This document shows, one piece after another, positions 41,375 through 51,557 of a stretch of 64,000 nt of DNA. The translations under genes were made by a program, and so were the position numbers. The notes under the pieces are model-generated. The model searched no databases and was not told where the DNA came from. It saw only the letters and a program-made list of their open reading frames with translations. Origin of the DNA: an uncultured Alphaproteobacteria bacterium (GTDB lineage: Bacteria > Pseudomonadota > Alphaproteobacteria > Methylaequorales > Methylaequoraceae); the NCBI GenBank assembly GCA_902563505.1, contig CACEXK010000002.1, positions 70,884 through 134,883 of the forward strand. The letters run 5' to 3'. Within the stretch, counting starts at the first letter, position 1; every line of letters begins with the position of its first letter.

Positions 41375-41416
41375 ATATGTTATTTTAAAATATTGTTTAA
41401 AATGCTATTTTAAAAT

Positions 41417-41508
41417 GGGAGTTGGATTTAGACAGTAGTTTCGCCAAGCCGGTCAGGACTGAGAAGAAGCAGCCGTAACGATTGCTACTGGGTTAGATTT
41501 CAACTCCT
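41417..41508 (+). ncRNA. ffs: signal recognition particle RNA (small/4.5S type)
   Basis: Long hairpin GGGAGTTGGATTTAGACAGTAG...CTACTGGGTTAGATTTCAACTCC enclosing the conserved domain IV core CCGGTCAGGACTGAGAAGAAGCAGCC with a GNRA loop (GAGA). Position upstream of dnaX is typical. Ends are +/- a few nt. Confidence 0.8.
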
Positions 41509-41522
41509 TTCAAGGGAATTAA

Positions 41523-43247
41523 ATGGTAGATAAAGAAGAAAACTATATCGTTCTAGCAAGAAAATACAGGCCAAAAAAACTTTCAGACATACTTGGGCAA
41601 GATGAAGCCTGCTCGGTGATTGAGGGATCTATAAAACTAAAAAGAGTTGCGCACGCATTCTTATTTTCAGGGACTAGAGGTGTTGGCAAGACAACAATTG
41701 CCAGAATTCTTGCCAAAATGTTAAATTGCAACGAACCCATTAAGGAGACCCAAGATCCCTGTGAAAATTGCGTAAATTGTAATTCAATTAATAATGAAAG
41801 TAATATAGATGTTGTTGAAATTGATGCTGCCAGTAGAACTGGTGTATCTGACATAAGAGAGATAATTGAAAATATTAATTACAAGCCTGTTAGCGCAAGA
41901 AAAAAAATATTTATTATTGATGAAGTGCATATGCTTTCAAAAGCTGCATTCAATGCTCTTTTAAAAACACTTGAGGAACCACCTGAGGATGTGGTTTTTA
42001 TTTTTGCTACCACTGAAACAGAAAAAATTCCGGTTACAATATTATCGAGATGCCAGAGATTTAATTTGAAAAGAGTTGAATTAGAAAAAATCTCTGAACA
42101 TCTTATTCAAATTTCAAATAAAGAAGGTTACAAAATTAATGATGATGCCTCAAATCTCATAGCACAATGTTCTGAGGGATCTGTAAGAGACGCACTATCA
42201 ATTTTAGATAATGTTTTAACAAAAAGTGATTCTATAAGTATTGAATGTGTAAGAGATGTTCTGGGTTTAGCAGACAATTCTCTTGGATTTAAATTATTTG
42301 AAAGTCTTTTTGAAGGTGATGTCAAATCTTCTTTGGAACAATTTAACGATTTATATAGCAAAGGTATTTCAATTGATCAGCTAGCAAAACTTTTAATGAA
42401 TTTTGCATACAACTTGGCTATGGTAAAATCTGGTGTTGATATAAAAAATTCTTTCCTAGATACAAATACTATCAATGCTTTGATGAAACTATCAGAAAAT
42501 TCTGAAATGGATTTTATTACAAGATTCTGGGAGTTATTACAAAAGTATATTAATGAATTATCCTCAATCTTTGATGAAAAGCAATGTTTTGATATGACAA
42601 TCATGAGATTATGTTTTGCCTCAATTATTCCAACACCTTTTGATCTTATAAAAAAAAAATCTGAAAATAATAATAACATTGAATTATCCACCTATAATCA
42701 AAATCATTCAGACTCAAAAAATTCAGATATAAAAGATATAAGCGAAAACTACCCGCAAGATAATTTAGCTAGAAAAAGAAAAATGATTGATTCAGAAAAT
42801 GTTTCCCAAAAAGAGAAATTACAAGCCAATGATTTTGAAAAATTTTACCGTTTAGTTGACAAGATTGAAAATGAATCTGAAATGGTAATTGCCTTTCATC
42901 TTAAAAATTCTTTTAGGTTGATAAGTTGTCAAGACTCTGAATTTGATGGGGGTGCTGGAACTATTGAGTTTGAATGTATTAATAATAATATTGAATCTAA
43001 AAGGATTTTATGGAAAGCAACAAAAATTATAGAAAAAATAACAAAAAAAAGATGGATTTTGTCCATCTCAAATAAAAAAGGGATGAAATCAATAGCTGAA
43101 TATCAAAACGAAAAGAATCAAGAGATCATAGAAAATGTAAGAAAAGATAAAATATTAAAAAAAATTCTTGAAATCATTCCATCATCTGAAGTAACTTCAA
43201 TAGAAGTAGTTCAGCTTGATGAACACCAAGAAAAAAAGGATAGGTAA
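41523..43247 (+). CDS. dnaX: DNA polymerase III subunit gamma/tau
   Basis: YRPKKLSDILGQDE, GTRGVGKTT, zinc module CENCVNCNS, IIDEVHML and SRCQRF motifs, 574 aa. Confidence 0.95.
   Translation: MVDKEENYIVLARKYRPKKLSDILGQDEACSVIEGSIKLKRVAHAFLFSGTRGVGKTTIARILAKMLNCNEPIKETQDPCENCVNCNSINNESNIDVVEIDAASRTGVSDIREIIENINYKPVSARKKIFIIDEVHMLSKAAFNALLKTLEEPPEDVVFIFATTETEKIPVTILSRCQRFNLKRVELEKISEHLIQISNKEGYKINDDASNLIAQCSEGSVRDALSILDNVLTKSDSISIECVRDVLGLADNSLGFKLFESLFEGDVKSSLEQFNDLYSKGISIDQLAKLLMNFAYNLAMVKSGVDIKNSFLDTNTINALMKLSENSEMDFITRFWELLQKYINELSSIFDEKQCFDMTIMRLCFASIIPTPFDLIKKKSENNNNIELSTYNQNHSDSKNSDIKDISENYPQDNLARKRKMIDSENVSQKEKLQANDFEKFYRLVDKIENESEMVIAFHLKNSFRLISCQDSEFDGGAGTIEFECINNNIESKRILWKATKIIEKITKKRWILSISNKKGMKSIAEYQNEKNQEIIENVRKDKILKKILEIIPSSEVTSIEVVQLDEHQEKKDR
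42648..42664 (+). other. candidate slippery run in dnaX (A10 followed by -1 frame UGA)
   Basis: The zero frame reads ata aaa aaa aaa tct gaa. The -1 frame after the A run reads AUC UGA. The site is at residues 376-380, just after the last domain III helix. Confidence 0.3.
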
Positions 43248-43571
43248 ATGACAAATATTTCACAAATAATGAAACAAGCAAAAGTAATGCAAGAGAAAAT
43301 GGCTGAAGTTCAAAAAAAAATTGAAGAAGCTGAGGTTGAAGGATCTTCAGGAGGAGGGGCTGTAAAAGTTATAGTGAATGGAAAGCATAATGTTAAGAAA
43401 ATTTCAATAGACCCATCCCTTGTAGATAAAAATGAAATAGAGGTTTTAGAAGATCTTTTGGTTGCTGCCTTGAATGATGCCACTAATAAAATTTCGGAAA
43501 ACATGAGTTCACAACTTAGTACTATCTCAGGCGGCATGGACTTGCCACCGGGAATGAAACTTCCTTTTTAA
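43248..43571 (+). CDS. ybaB: nucleoid-associated protein YbaB/EbfC
   Basis: 107 aa with MKQAKVMQEKMAEVQKKIEE...GGGAVKV..NGK pattern. ATG directly abuts the dnaX stop. Confidence 0.9.
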   Translation: MTNISQIMKQAKVMQEKMAEVQKKIEEAEVEGSSGGGAVKVIVNGKHNVKKISIDPSLVDKNEIEVLEDLLVAALNDATNKISENMSSQLSTISGGMDLPPGMKLPF

Positions 43572-43577
43572 TTTGGT

Positions 43578-44174
43578 ATGTCCTCTTCTTTGGGTGAATT
43601 AATTGACTTGTTTTCAAAACTACCAAGTTTAGGCCCCAGATCAGCAAGAAGAATAGTTTTACACCTTTTAAAGAACAAAGAAAAATTAATACCTAACATT
43701 TTAAATTCTCTTGAAAATTTAAAATCTAGTCTGATATTTTGTGCTATTTGTGGAAATATTGACTCCACTTCACCATGTAATATTTGCAATTCAAAAAATA
43801 GAAAAAAAGAAAAAGTTTGTATCGTTGAGGAGATTGGTGACTTATGGGCAATTGAAAAAAGTAAAGCTTATGACGGACAATATCATATATTAGGAGGGAC
43901 ATTGTCAGCAATTGACGGGATTGGTCCAGAAGAATTAAATATTTCTTCCCTTCACAAAAGAATAAAAGATTATCAAGTAACAGAAATTATTCTAGCAACT
44001 AATGCTACGGTTGAAGGACAAATTACTGCACAGTACATAGCTGACACATTTAATAAAGATAATATTTTGATTACCAGGCTTGCTCAAGGAATGCCAATAG
44101 GAGGCGAACTAGATACAATTGATTATAATACACTCTCTATGGCTTTTAATTCTCGATCTGAAATGAAAAACTAA
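43578..44174 (+). CDS. recR: recombination protein RecR
   Basis: LPSLGPRSARR helix-hairpin-helix, C4 zinc finger CAICGNIDSTSPCNIC, Toprim VCIVEE. Confidence 0.95.
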   Translation: MSSSLGELIDLFSKLPSLGPRSARRIVLHLLKNKEKLIPNILNSLENLKSSLIFCAICGNIDSTSPCNICNSKNRKKEKVCIVEEIGDLWAIEKSKAYDGQYHILGGTLSAIDGIGPEELNISSLHKRIKDYQVTEIILATNATVEGQITAQYIADTFNKDNILITRLAQGMPIGGELDTIDYNTLSMAFNSRSEMKN

Positions 44175-45157
44175 CCTTCGAGATCAAGCTTTAGTAACTT
44201 ATTTTTTTTGTTAGAAATTTTGTTTGTAGTAATAAGAATGTCGTTTAAATCATTTTGAGCATTATTAAAATGTGAGTCCATTTTTTTAACCCTAACCTCA
44301 AGTCTAGAAATTTCATTGGTAAGATCTTTTAATTGCTGAAAGATAATATTTGAATTGTCATTGATTCTTTGGTCCCTAATTACTGTTTCAATATAATTTA
44401 AAACGATCCACAAAGTGGTTGGAGATATGAGGAAAACTTTTGATTCATAGAATTTTTCACTTATTTCAGGAATCAAATGGAATATTTCTAAATATATTTG
44501 TTCACTCGGAATGAAAATTAGTGCAATCTCAGAGGTCTCTCCAGGTATTATATATTTATCTCTGACATCTTGAATATGATTTGTAATATCAGATTTAAAG
44601 AGCTTTCCATTTTTAATTTTTTCGTCTTTTGTTTTAGATTGAAAAATTTTGTCAAAGCTCTCTCTTGGAAATTTTGAATCAATACACAAGTTGTTAAGGG
44701 ACCCTGATGATTTTATAATACAATCAACTCTGAATGAATTAGATAATGTTTTCTGAAATTCGTAATTTTCTTTTGGCAGATAATCTTTTATCAAACTTTC
44801 TAGGATAATTTCTCCCAATCTTCCTCTTTTAGAGGTATTAGATAAAATATTTTTTAAATCTACTACATTTTCAGTGAGTCCGGTGATATTTTGTTGTGCT
44901 CTATCAATTAATGCAATTCGTTCACGTATTTGATGAAGGTTACTTGTATTTTCACTCGAAGATTTATCAAATTTAAGATCTATTTTATCGAAATTTTTTT
45001 CAATTATTTCTGATATTGATCTCTCTAAACTCTCTTGCTTTTCAACTAATACTTTCAATCTTTCTTTATTATTATTATTTGAAAAAAAAAATTGAAAAAA
45101 TACTATAATTAAGAGTAAGCTAGATAAAAAAAGAATTATGATAAACTCTAAACTCAT
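44171..45157 (-). CDS. rmuC: DNA recombination protein RmuC
   Basis: N-terminal TM helix, coiled coil and a C-terminal RmuC nuclease-like domain (FRVDCIIK, DSKFP, LIFIPSEQIY). Confidence 0.85.
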   Translation of the reverse strand: MSLEFIIILFLSSLLLIIVFFQFFFSNNNNKERLKVLVEKQESLERSISEIIEKNFDKIDLKFDKSSSENTSNLHQIRERIALIDRAQQNITGLTENVVDLKNILSNTSKRGRLGEIILESLIKDYLPKENYEFQKTLSNSFRVDCIIKSSGSLNNLCIDSKFPRESFDKIFQSKTKDEKIKNGKLFKSDITNHIQDVRDKYIIPGETSEIALIFIPSEQIYLEIFHLIPEISEKFYESKVFLISPTTLWIVLNYIETVIRDQRINDNSNIIFQQLKDLTNEISRLEVRVKKMDSHFNNAQNDLNDILITTNKISNKKNKLLKLDLEG

Positions 45158-45174
45158 GTTTCTCCAAAATTAAT

Positions 45175-45690
45175 ATGGCTACTCTTGAAATTCTAACAAT
45201 ACCAGACCCAAGATTGAAGCGCAAATCCTTGGATGTAGATTCGTTTGATTCTAAACTAAAAAAGACTATTAATAACATGTTTGAGACCCTTTATTCTACA
45301 GGAAATGGTATAGGTCTTGCGGCTCCGCAAGTTGGTATTCTTAAACGGATTGTGGTAATAGATCTGAAGAAAGACGGTAATTTATCACCACTTACTTTTG
45401 TTAATCCGAAAATCTTGAGTTTTTCAAATGAAAAATCTTTAAACGAAGAGGGCTGTCTATCTATTCCTGAGTATTATGCAGAAGTTGAAAGACCAAACGA
45501 GGTTGAAGTAGAGTGGGTTGATGAAAGTGGAAAAAAATTTAGTAAAAAAATGAGTGGATTACTCTCAATTTGTATACAACATGAAATTGATCATTTAAAT
45601 GGTATTTTATTCATTGATTATTTATCGAAATTAAAAAGAAAACTAGCTTTAGAAAAAGTAAAAAAAATTAAACTAAAAGCTAAGCGATAG
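45175..45690 (+). CDS. def: peptide deformylase
   Basis: GIGLAAPQVG, EGCLSIP and QHEIDHLNG motifs. Confidence 0.95.
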   Translation: MATLEILTIPDPRLKRKSLDVDSFDSKLKKTINNMFETLYSTGNGIGLAAPQVGILKRIVVIDLKKDGNLSPLTFVNPKILSFSNEKSLNEEGCLSIPEYYAEVERPNEVEVEWVDESGKKFSKKMSGLLSICIQHEIDHLNGILFIDYLSKLKRKLALEKVKKIKLKAKR

Positions 45691-45691
45691 T

Positions 45692-46642
45692 ATGAGCAAT
45701 CTTGATGGATTGAAAATAGGTTTTTTTGGGACACCCGACTTTTCTCTTGAATTTTTGAAAGCATTATACAAAAAAAAAGCTGTGATTTCATATGTTGTTA
45801 GCCAACCCCCATCAAGATCAGGAAGAGGTAAAGTGAAAAAGGACTCAGCTGTTTCTTATTGGGCAAAAAATAATGGTATTGAATGTTTTGCTCCTGAAAA
45901 TATTTCAGACAAAAAATTTACAGAAATCATAGTGAAGAAAGAAATTGATTTTATCATTGTAGTAGCCTACGGAAAAATTATTGATGAGTTTATTTTAAAT
46001 CTTCCCAGATTCTTAGCTGTTAATGTCCATATATCTCTACTACCTAGATGGCGCGGCGCTGCACCTATTCAAAGAGCATTACTCGAAGGGGATAAAGAAA
46101 CTGGGGTTTGTATAATGAAAATTGAAAAAAAATTAGATTCAGGACCAGTAATTTCAAAAAAAAAAATAGAAATTAAAGGTGATGATACAGCTGGAACACT
46201 TTTTGAAAAAGCAACAATTTATGGATGCGATTTATTGATTGAATCACTAAGAAGTATAGTTGATAAAGACTTTCAATTATCACCTCAAAATCATGATAAG
46301 GCAACATATGCAAAAAAAATTAAAAAAGAAGAAACAAGAATAAATTGGGAAAATGATGCAGAATCTATTAATTTGAAAATCAGAGCATTTTCTCCAAGGC
46401 CAGGTGCTTGGACAACAGTTAAAGGTTCAACAAAAAGACTAAAAATTCTAAAAGCAAAGATCATTCGAAATAAAGATTTATTCGATGAATCTCATTCATG
46501 TGGTTCGGTAACTAATCCATTGATAGTCAAATGTGGTAAGGGTTTTTTAAAAGTAGTTGAACTTCAACCAGAAGGTAGAAAAATATTAAGTGCAAACGAT
46601 TTTATAAATGGTTTAACTGAAGATATTTTTAACTTTGAATAA
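45692..46642 (+). CDS. fmt: methionyl-tRNA formyltransferase
   Basis: IGFFGTPDFS, NVHISLLPRWRGAAPIQRA, 316 aa. Confidence 0.95.
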   Translation: MSNLDGLKIGFFGTPDFSLEFLKALYKKKAVISYVVSQPPSRSGRGKVKKDSAVSYWAKNNGIECFAPENISDKKFTEIIVKKEIDFIIVVAYGKIIDEFILNLPRFLAVNVHISLLPRWRGAAPIQRALLEGDKETGVCIMKIEKKLDSGPVISKKKIEIKGDDTAGTLFEKATIYGCDLLIESLRSIVDKDFQLSPQNHDKATYAKKIKKEETRINWENDAESINLKIRAFSPRPGAWTTVKGSTKRLKILKAKIIRNKDLFDESHSCGSVTNPLIVKCGKGFLKVVELQPEGRKILSANDFINGLTEDIFNFE

Positions 46643-46643
46643 A

Positions 46644-47390
46644 ATGCAAAGGGTTAAACTATTAATTGAGTATTTAGGAACTGACTATGTGGGATGGCAA
46701 TCACAAAATAATGGTAAATCAATTCAGGAGGAAATTGAACAAGCTTTATTTGAAATTTTTAAAAAAAAAATCAAAATTTTTGTAGCAGGTAGAACTGATG
46801 CTGGAGTGCATGCATTCGGTCAAGTAGCACATTTTGATTTAGAATCTGATAAATTGGAAGAAAAAAAAATATATTATGCAATTAACTTTTTTCTAAAAAA
46901 AAATAACAATAAAATAACAATTATTGATTCAGAATTTGTTGGCAATACATTTCATTCTAGATTTTCAGTGAAACAAAAGGTTTATTTATACAAAATTTTA
47001 AATAGGAAGACTCCCTCTTATATTTTCGAAGATAGAGCCTGGTTTGTTCCAGGAAGGGTGGATATATTTAAAATGAAAAAAGCTAGTAAATATTTAATTG
47101 GTAGACATGATTTTAATGCATTTAGATCAGTTGATTGTCAGGCTAAAAGTTCAGTCAAAACTATTGACGATATTACATTTACAGAAAATAGTGATTTTAT
47201 TGAAATTAGGATTTTTGGAAAATCATTTATGCATAATCAAGTTAGGATAATAGTGGGAACTTTGCTCAATGTAGGAAGAGAGTTAATTGATGAATCCTCA
47301 ATAAGAGGAATCCTTAATTCTAAGGAGAGAAAAAACGCTGGACCAACTGCTCCCGCAATTGGATTATATCTTGAAAAAATTAAGTATTAA
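46644..47390 (+). CDS. truA: tRNA pseudouridine(38-40) synthase TruA
   Basis: EYLGTDYVGWQSQ and GRTDAGVHAFGQVAHF (catalytic Asp). I prefer the ATG at 46644, 1 nt after the fmt stop, over the TTG at 46635. Confidence 0.93.
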   Translation: MQRVKLLIEYLGTDYVGWQSQNNGKSIQEEIEQALFEIFKKKIKIFVAGRTDAGVHAFGQVAHFDLESDKLEEKKIYYAINFFLKKNNNKITIIDSEFVGNTFHSRFSVKQKVYLYKILNRKTPSYIFEDRAWFVPGRVDIFKMKKASKYLIGRHDFNAFRSVDCQAKSSVKTIDDITFTENSDFIEIRIFGKSFMHNQVRIIVGTLLNVGRELIDESSIRGILNSKERKNAGPTAPAIGLYLEKIKY

Positions 47391-48529
47391 TTTTTCTTCT
47401 CAATGAATAGGTTTCTAATAAATTCATAATATATTTGCGATAACTTTTCTATATCTTTAATCTTTGAATTTTCATTAATTTTGTGCATAGACTTCCCAAC
47501 TAATCCAAATTCTAAAACTGGACAAATCTTAGAAATAAATCTGGCATCGGATGTACCACCTGATGTGCTGAGAACTGGATTTTTATTTACAATTCTTTTA
47601 ATTGAACTGATTAAAGCTTGCGTAAGATCTTTAGTATTATTTATGAACGATTCACCAGAAATCTTTGTCTTGAGTTTGTAATTCTTAGTCACAGAATCTA
47701 ATCTATTTTTAAGCATTTTTTTTACATCATTAGAATTATGATTGTCATTAAATCTTATATTAAATTTTATCTTTGCTACACTTGGTATGAGATTAGGTAC
47801 ATTATTTCCAACATCAATAGAAGTAATTTCAAGATGGCTAGGTTGAAAATACTTTGATCCTTTATCAAGAGGTAACTTGATTGCATTACATATTTTTATT
47901 ACATTATCAATTGGATTTTTTGCTTTCTCTGGATAAGCAACATGCCCTTGCACCCCTTTAATAACAATCTCTCCATTTAAGCTACCTCGCCGACCAATTT
48001 TTATCATTTCACCAAGAAAATTTGGATTAGTCGGTTCACCAACTATACAAAAATCTATTTTAAACTTATTCTCTTCTAACCATTCAACAACTTTTTTAGT
48101 ACCAAAATCAGCATCACCCTCCTCATCAGCTGTAATCAGAAAAGACAGAGTGCCATTAAAGACATTTTTAAAATCATCTAAAAACTTTAAAGTAGAAAAT
48201 AAGAAGGCTGCAATCGCAGGTTTCATATCACAGGCTCCTCTTCCAAATATCCGACCATCTTTTATCAAAGGGTCAAATGGATCTGAATCCCACTCTTTTA
48301 CATCTCCAGGAGGAACAACATCACAGTGTCCAGCAAAACAGAGATTTGGACCTGAGCCATTAGAAAATTCAGCATATAAATTTTTTATTTTTTTTTGTCC
48401 GAACTCAAGCATGTGACAATCAAATTTTTTTTTTTTTAGTAGATCAGCGATATATTCAATTGAGCCAGCACTTTTAGGAGAAATACTTTTAAATTTGATT
48501 AGATTTGAAGATAAATCGATTAAATTCAT
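47387..48529 (-). CDS. dapE: succinyl-diaminopimelate desuccinylase
   Basis: M20 family motifs GHCDVVPPG and ADEEGDA, 380 aa, downstream of dapD. Confidence 0.92.
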   Translation of the reverse strand: MNLIDLSSNLIKFKSISPKSAGSIEYIADLLKKKKFDCHMLEFGQKKIKNLYAEFSNGSGPNLCFAGHCDVVPPGDVKEWDSDPFDPLIKDGRIFGRGACDMKPAIAAFLFSTLKFLDDFKNVFNGTLSFLITADEEGDADFGTKKVVEWLEENKFKIDFCIVGEPTNPNFLGEMIKIGRRGSLNGEIVIKGVQGHVAYPEKAKNPIDNVIKICNAIKLPLDKGSKYFQPSHLEITSIDVGNNVPNLIPSVAKIKFNIRFNDNHNSNDVKKMLKNRLDSVTKNYKLKTKISGESFINNTKDLTQALISSIKRIVNKNPVLSTSGGTSDARFISKICPVLEFGLVGKSMHKINENSKIKDIEKLSQIYYEFIRNLFIEKKN

Positions 48530-49383
48530 CAGGATCTGAGTATGTCATTTATTGATGTTTTTGATCTAGTTTTCTCATCTACTTTTTTAACAATTACAGC
48601 ACAATACAGGTTGACATCTATACTATCATTTGGTGTTTTTTTTCCTGAAAGAGAACCGGGTACTACAACTGAATATGCTGGCACTTTCCCATAATGTATT
48701 TTTCCAGTTTGACGATCAACTATTTTTGTTGAGGCTCCAATATAAACACCCATTGAAATTACACTCCCTTTTTCTACAATTACCCCTTCAGCTATTTCAG
48801 ATCTTGCACCAATAAAGCAATCATCCTCGATAATAACCGGGTTTGCTTGAAGCGGTTCTAAAACCCCGCCTATTCCAGCACCCCCAGATATATGTACATT
48901 TTTACCAATTTGTGCACATGATCCAACAGTAGCCCAAGTATCAATCATTGTACCAGAATCTACATAAGCTCCAAGGTTAACAAAACATGGCATTAAAACA
49001 ACATTTTCGGCTATGTGTGCTGAATGTCTTACTATTGCACCAGGGACTGATCGAAAATTTCTCTTAGTCCATTCATCTTCAACCCATCCAGATGTTTTTA
49101 AATTGACTTTGTCAAACCAGGTATATTGTCCCCTCCTAGCATTTGACATGCCACTTGAAAATATTGAATTATCACTAATCTTAAAAGAGAGTAGAATAGC
49201 TTTTTTAATCCACTCATTAGTAACCCAACTATTTTCTTTCTTCTCACAAATTCTTATATTACCAACATCAAGGTAGTCGAGTACTTGTTTGATTTTTTTT
49301 CTTGCTTCTTTGTCTGTGGTATTAAACGAATCTTTTTTTTCCCACAAACTATTTATAAAATTTTTTAAATCTGAGGTTGACAT
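48529..49383 (-). CDS. dapD: 2,3,4,5-tetrahydropyridine-2,6-dicarboxylate N-succinyltransferase
   Basis: Hexapeptide-repeat core ([40 protein letters not shown]), 284 aa. Confidence 0.95.
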   Translation of the reverse strand: MSTSDLKNFINSLWEKKDSFNTTDKEARKKIKQVLDYLDVGNIRICEKKENSWVTNEWIKKAILLSFKISDNSIFSSGMSNARRGQYTWFDKVNLKTSGWVEDEWTKRNFRSVPGAIVRHSAHIAENVVLMPCFVNLGAYVDSGTMIDTWATVGSCAQIGKNVHISGGAGIGGVLEPLQANPVIIEDDCFIGARSEIAEGVIVEKGSVISMGVYIGASTKIVDRQTGKIHYGKVPAYSVVVPGSLSGKKTPNDSIDVNLYCAVIVKKVDEKTRSKTSINDILRS

Positions 49384-49385
49384 AG

Positions 49386-50054
49386 TTACAAATTCTTAAT
49401 GGAATTATTTATCATATCTAGTGCATTTATTATAGTTTTAAATCTAAAATCAATAAAAGGTTTTATTTTTATTTTTCTTTCATTGCAAATATGGATAGTT
49501 GTCATTCCTATCTTTGATGCTGGCCTTAAATTATCCTCTAAATCTTCAAAATAAACACAATTTTTTGTGTCAATTTTCTTATCTTGTAAAAAATCTTGAA
49601 AAGGTTTGATTTTTGGTTTTGGAATGTACCGAGATTTTTTAATATCAAATATTTCGTCAAACAACTCTTCTATTTCAAGTTTACAAAGCACTCTTTTCGC
49701 ATAATCAAAATCGCCATTTGTATATATAATTTTCTTTCCTGGTAATAATTTTAATTGCTGGATAAGTTTTGAGCATTTTTTTAAATTGCTGAGGTCTACA
49801 TTATGAACAAATTCTAAAAACTCTTCGGGTTCAAAATCATAATTTTTCATAAGTCCAAAAAGAGTTGTTCCATATTTACTATAGTATAGTTTTTGAATTT
49901 TAAATGCTTCATCACTAGAAATTTTTAGTTTATCTGAAATAAACAATTTCATTCTTCTATCAATCTGATCAAAAATTTTTGTTTTGGGTGAATAAATAGT
50001 GTTGTCCAAATCAAATAACCAGACATTTTTTTTTTTAAAAATTTCTTGGGTCAT
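49386..50054 (-). CDS. HAD-superfamily pyrimidine 5'-nucleotidase-like hydrolase
   Basis: [11 protein letters not shown] (DxDxT motif I) with a HAD cap and core layout, 222 aa. Confidence 0.75.
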   Translation of the reverse strand: MTQEIFKKKNVWLFDLDNTIYSPKTKIFDQIDRRMKLFISDKLKISSDEAFKIQKLYYSKYGTTLFGLMKNYDFEPEEFLEFVHNVDLSNLKKCSKLIQQLKLLPGKKIIYTNGDFDYAKRVLCKLEIEELFDEIFDIKKSRYIPKPKIKPFQDFLQDKKIDTKNCVYFEDLEDNLRPASKIGMTTIHICNERKIKIKPFIDFRFKTIINALDMINNSIKNL

Positions 50055-50965
50055 TAATTTGTGATTAATGTTCCCACACCGTGCTCTGTAAAAATCTCTA
50101 GTAAGATTGAATGTGGTAACCTTCCATCTAGAATAACTGCTGCTTTAACCCCACTTTTAACTGCTTCAAGACATGTTTCTACTTTTGGGATCATACCTTC
50201 AGATATAGTTCCATTTTTAATCAGTTTTTTTGCCTCTGCGGCAGAGATTTCAGTTAAAAGTTTTCCTTTATTATCTAAGACTCCCTTTACATCAGTAAGT
50301 AAAATAAGTCTTTCAGATGAAATAGAGGAAGCAATACTTCCTGCCATAGTATCCGCATTTATATTATAGGTTTCGAATTTTTTATCAAAACCGATTGGTG
50401 AAATAACAGGAACAAGATCAGATTCTAGGCACCAATTCAGGAAATTATAATTTATTTTTTCTGGCATCCCAACAAAACCCAGGTCGAGATTTTTATCAAA
50501 TTTTATTGATTTTCTGTCTCTTTTAAACTTTTTAGTTCTGGCCAATAGTGCATCTTTGCCAGACAAACCAATTGCATTTCCACCCTCTTTATTAATTTGC
50601 ATAACAATATCTTTATTTATGGAACCAGACAAAACCATTTCTACAATATTCATTGTCTCTTTGTCAGTAACTCTTAAACCATCAACAAAAGAACTTTTAA
50701 CTTTTAGTTTATCGAGCATTTTCTTGATTTTAGGACCTCCGCCATGAACAACCAAGGGATTTATTCCAACCTGCTTTAGCAAAACAATATCTTTTGCAAA
50801 ACTAGAGTATAGTTTGTCTTCTCCCATAGCAGAACCACCAAATTTAATTGTAATATTTTTACCGGCATACCTTTGCATAAAAGGTAAAGCCTGAGACAAA
50901 ATGGATGTTTTTTTCATCCAATCTAAAGCTTTTGTTTTTGAACTTTTATTCAAACTCTCTCTCAT
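50054..50965 (-). CDS. argB: acetylglutamate kinase
   Basis: ITIKFGGSAM, VVHGGGPKI and NINADTMAG motifs. Confidence 0.95.
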   Translation of the reverse strand: MRESLNKSSKTKALDWMKKTSILSQALPFMQRYAGKNITIKFGGSAMGEDKLYSSFAKDIVLLKQVGINPLVVHGGGPKIKKMLDKLKVKSSFVDGLRVTDKETMNIVEMVLSGSINKDIVMQINKEGGNAIGLSGKDALLARTKKFKRDRKSIKFDKNLDLGFVGMPEKINYNFLNWCLESDLVPVISPIGFDKKFETYNINADTMAGSIASSISSERLILLTDVKGVLDNKGKLLTEISAAEAKKLIKNGTISEGMIPKVETCLEAVKSGVKAAVILDGRLPHSILLEIFTEHGVGTLITN

Positions 50966-51542
50966 TCAAAGATTTTAATAGAAATTTTTTTAATATAACT
51001 ATCCCATTAACATCATTAATACTAGTATGAAAAATTTTTTTATAACTTTTTTTTTTAAGTTCTTTTTCTAAATTTTCTAAATTTTTTTTACTTTGTAGGG
51101 ATTTCAATTTATCCTGTTTTGTAAAAATTAAATTTATATTTCTATAAGATATATTTCCTAACAGGTCTAAAATTGTAATATCAATAGGTTTTAAACCGTG
51201 TCTCGAATCTATTAATAAAAAAAGTTCTTTAAGGTTGCTTCTAGAAGTTAAATATTTTTCGATAAGATCATCAAGCAATTCAATTTTTTCTTTGTTAATT
51301 TTAGAAAATCCATAACCTGGAAAATCAACAATTCTAAAACTTGATTTGAATTGAAAAAAAACAAGTGATTTTGTTCTACCAGGAGTTTTTGATGTTTTAG
51401 CTATTTTTTTTTTTGTCAAAAGATTAATGAGTGAGGATTTTCCAACATTAGATCTACCCCAAAAAATAAATTCAGGTATTGAATCATTCGGGAGATCGTT
51501 ATACGAATAGACTTCTTTTAAGAATCTCCAGTCATCAGTCAT
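50946..51542 (-). CDS. engB: ribosome biogenesis GTP-binding protein EngB/YsxC
   Basis: GRSNVGKSSLIN, TSKTPGRT and DFPGYGF motifs. Confidence 0.9.
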   Translation of the reverse strand: MTDDWRFLKEVYSYNDLPNDSIPEFIFWGRSNVGKSSLINLLTKKKIAKTSKTPGRTKSLVFFQFKSSFRIVDFPGYGFSKINKEKIELLDDLIEKYLTSRSNLKELFLLIDSRHGLKPIDITILDLLGNISYRNINLIFTKQDKLKSLQSKKNLENLEKELKKKSYKKIFHTSINDVNGIVILKKFLLKSLNEREFE

Positions 51543-51557
51543 TACTTCTCCAGATAA

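Noticed and set aside
41378-41416. Two copies of the palindrome ATTTTAAAAT lie 28 bp apart upstream of the SRP RNA.
   Set aside because: This is a pure A/T low-complexity motif, expected frequently by chance here. No supporting context.
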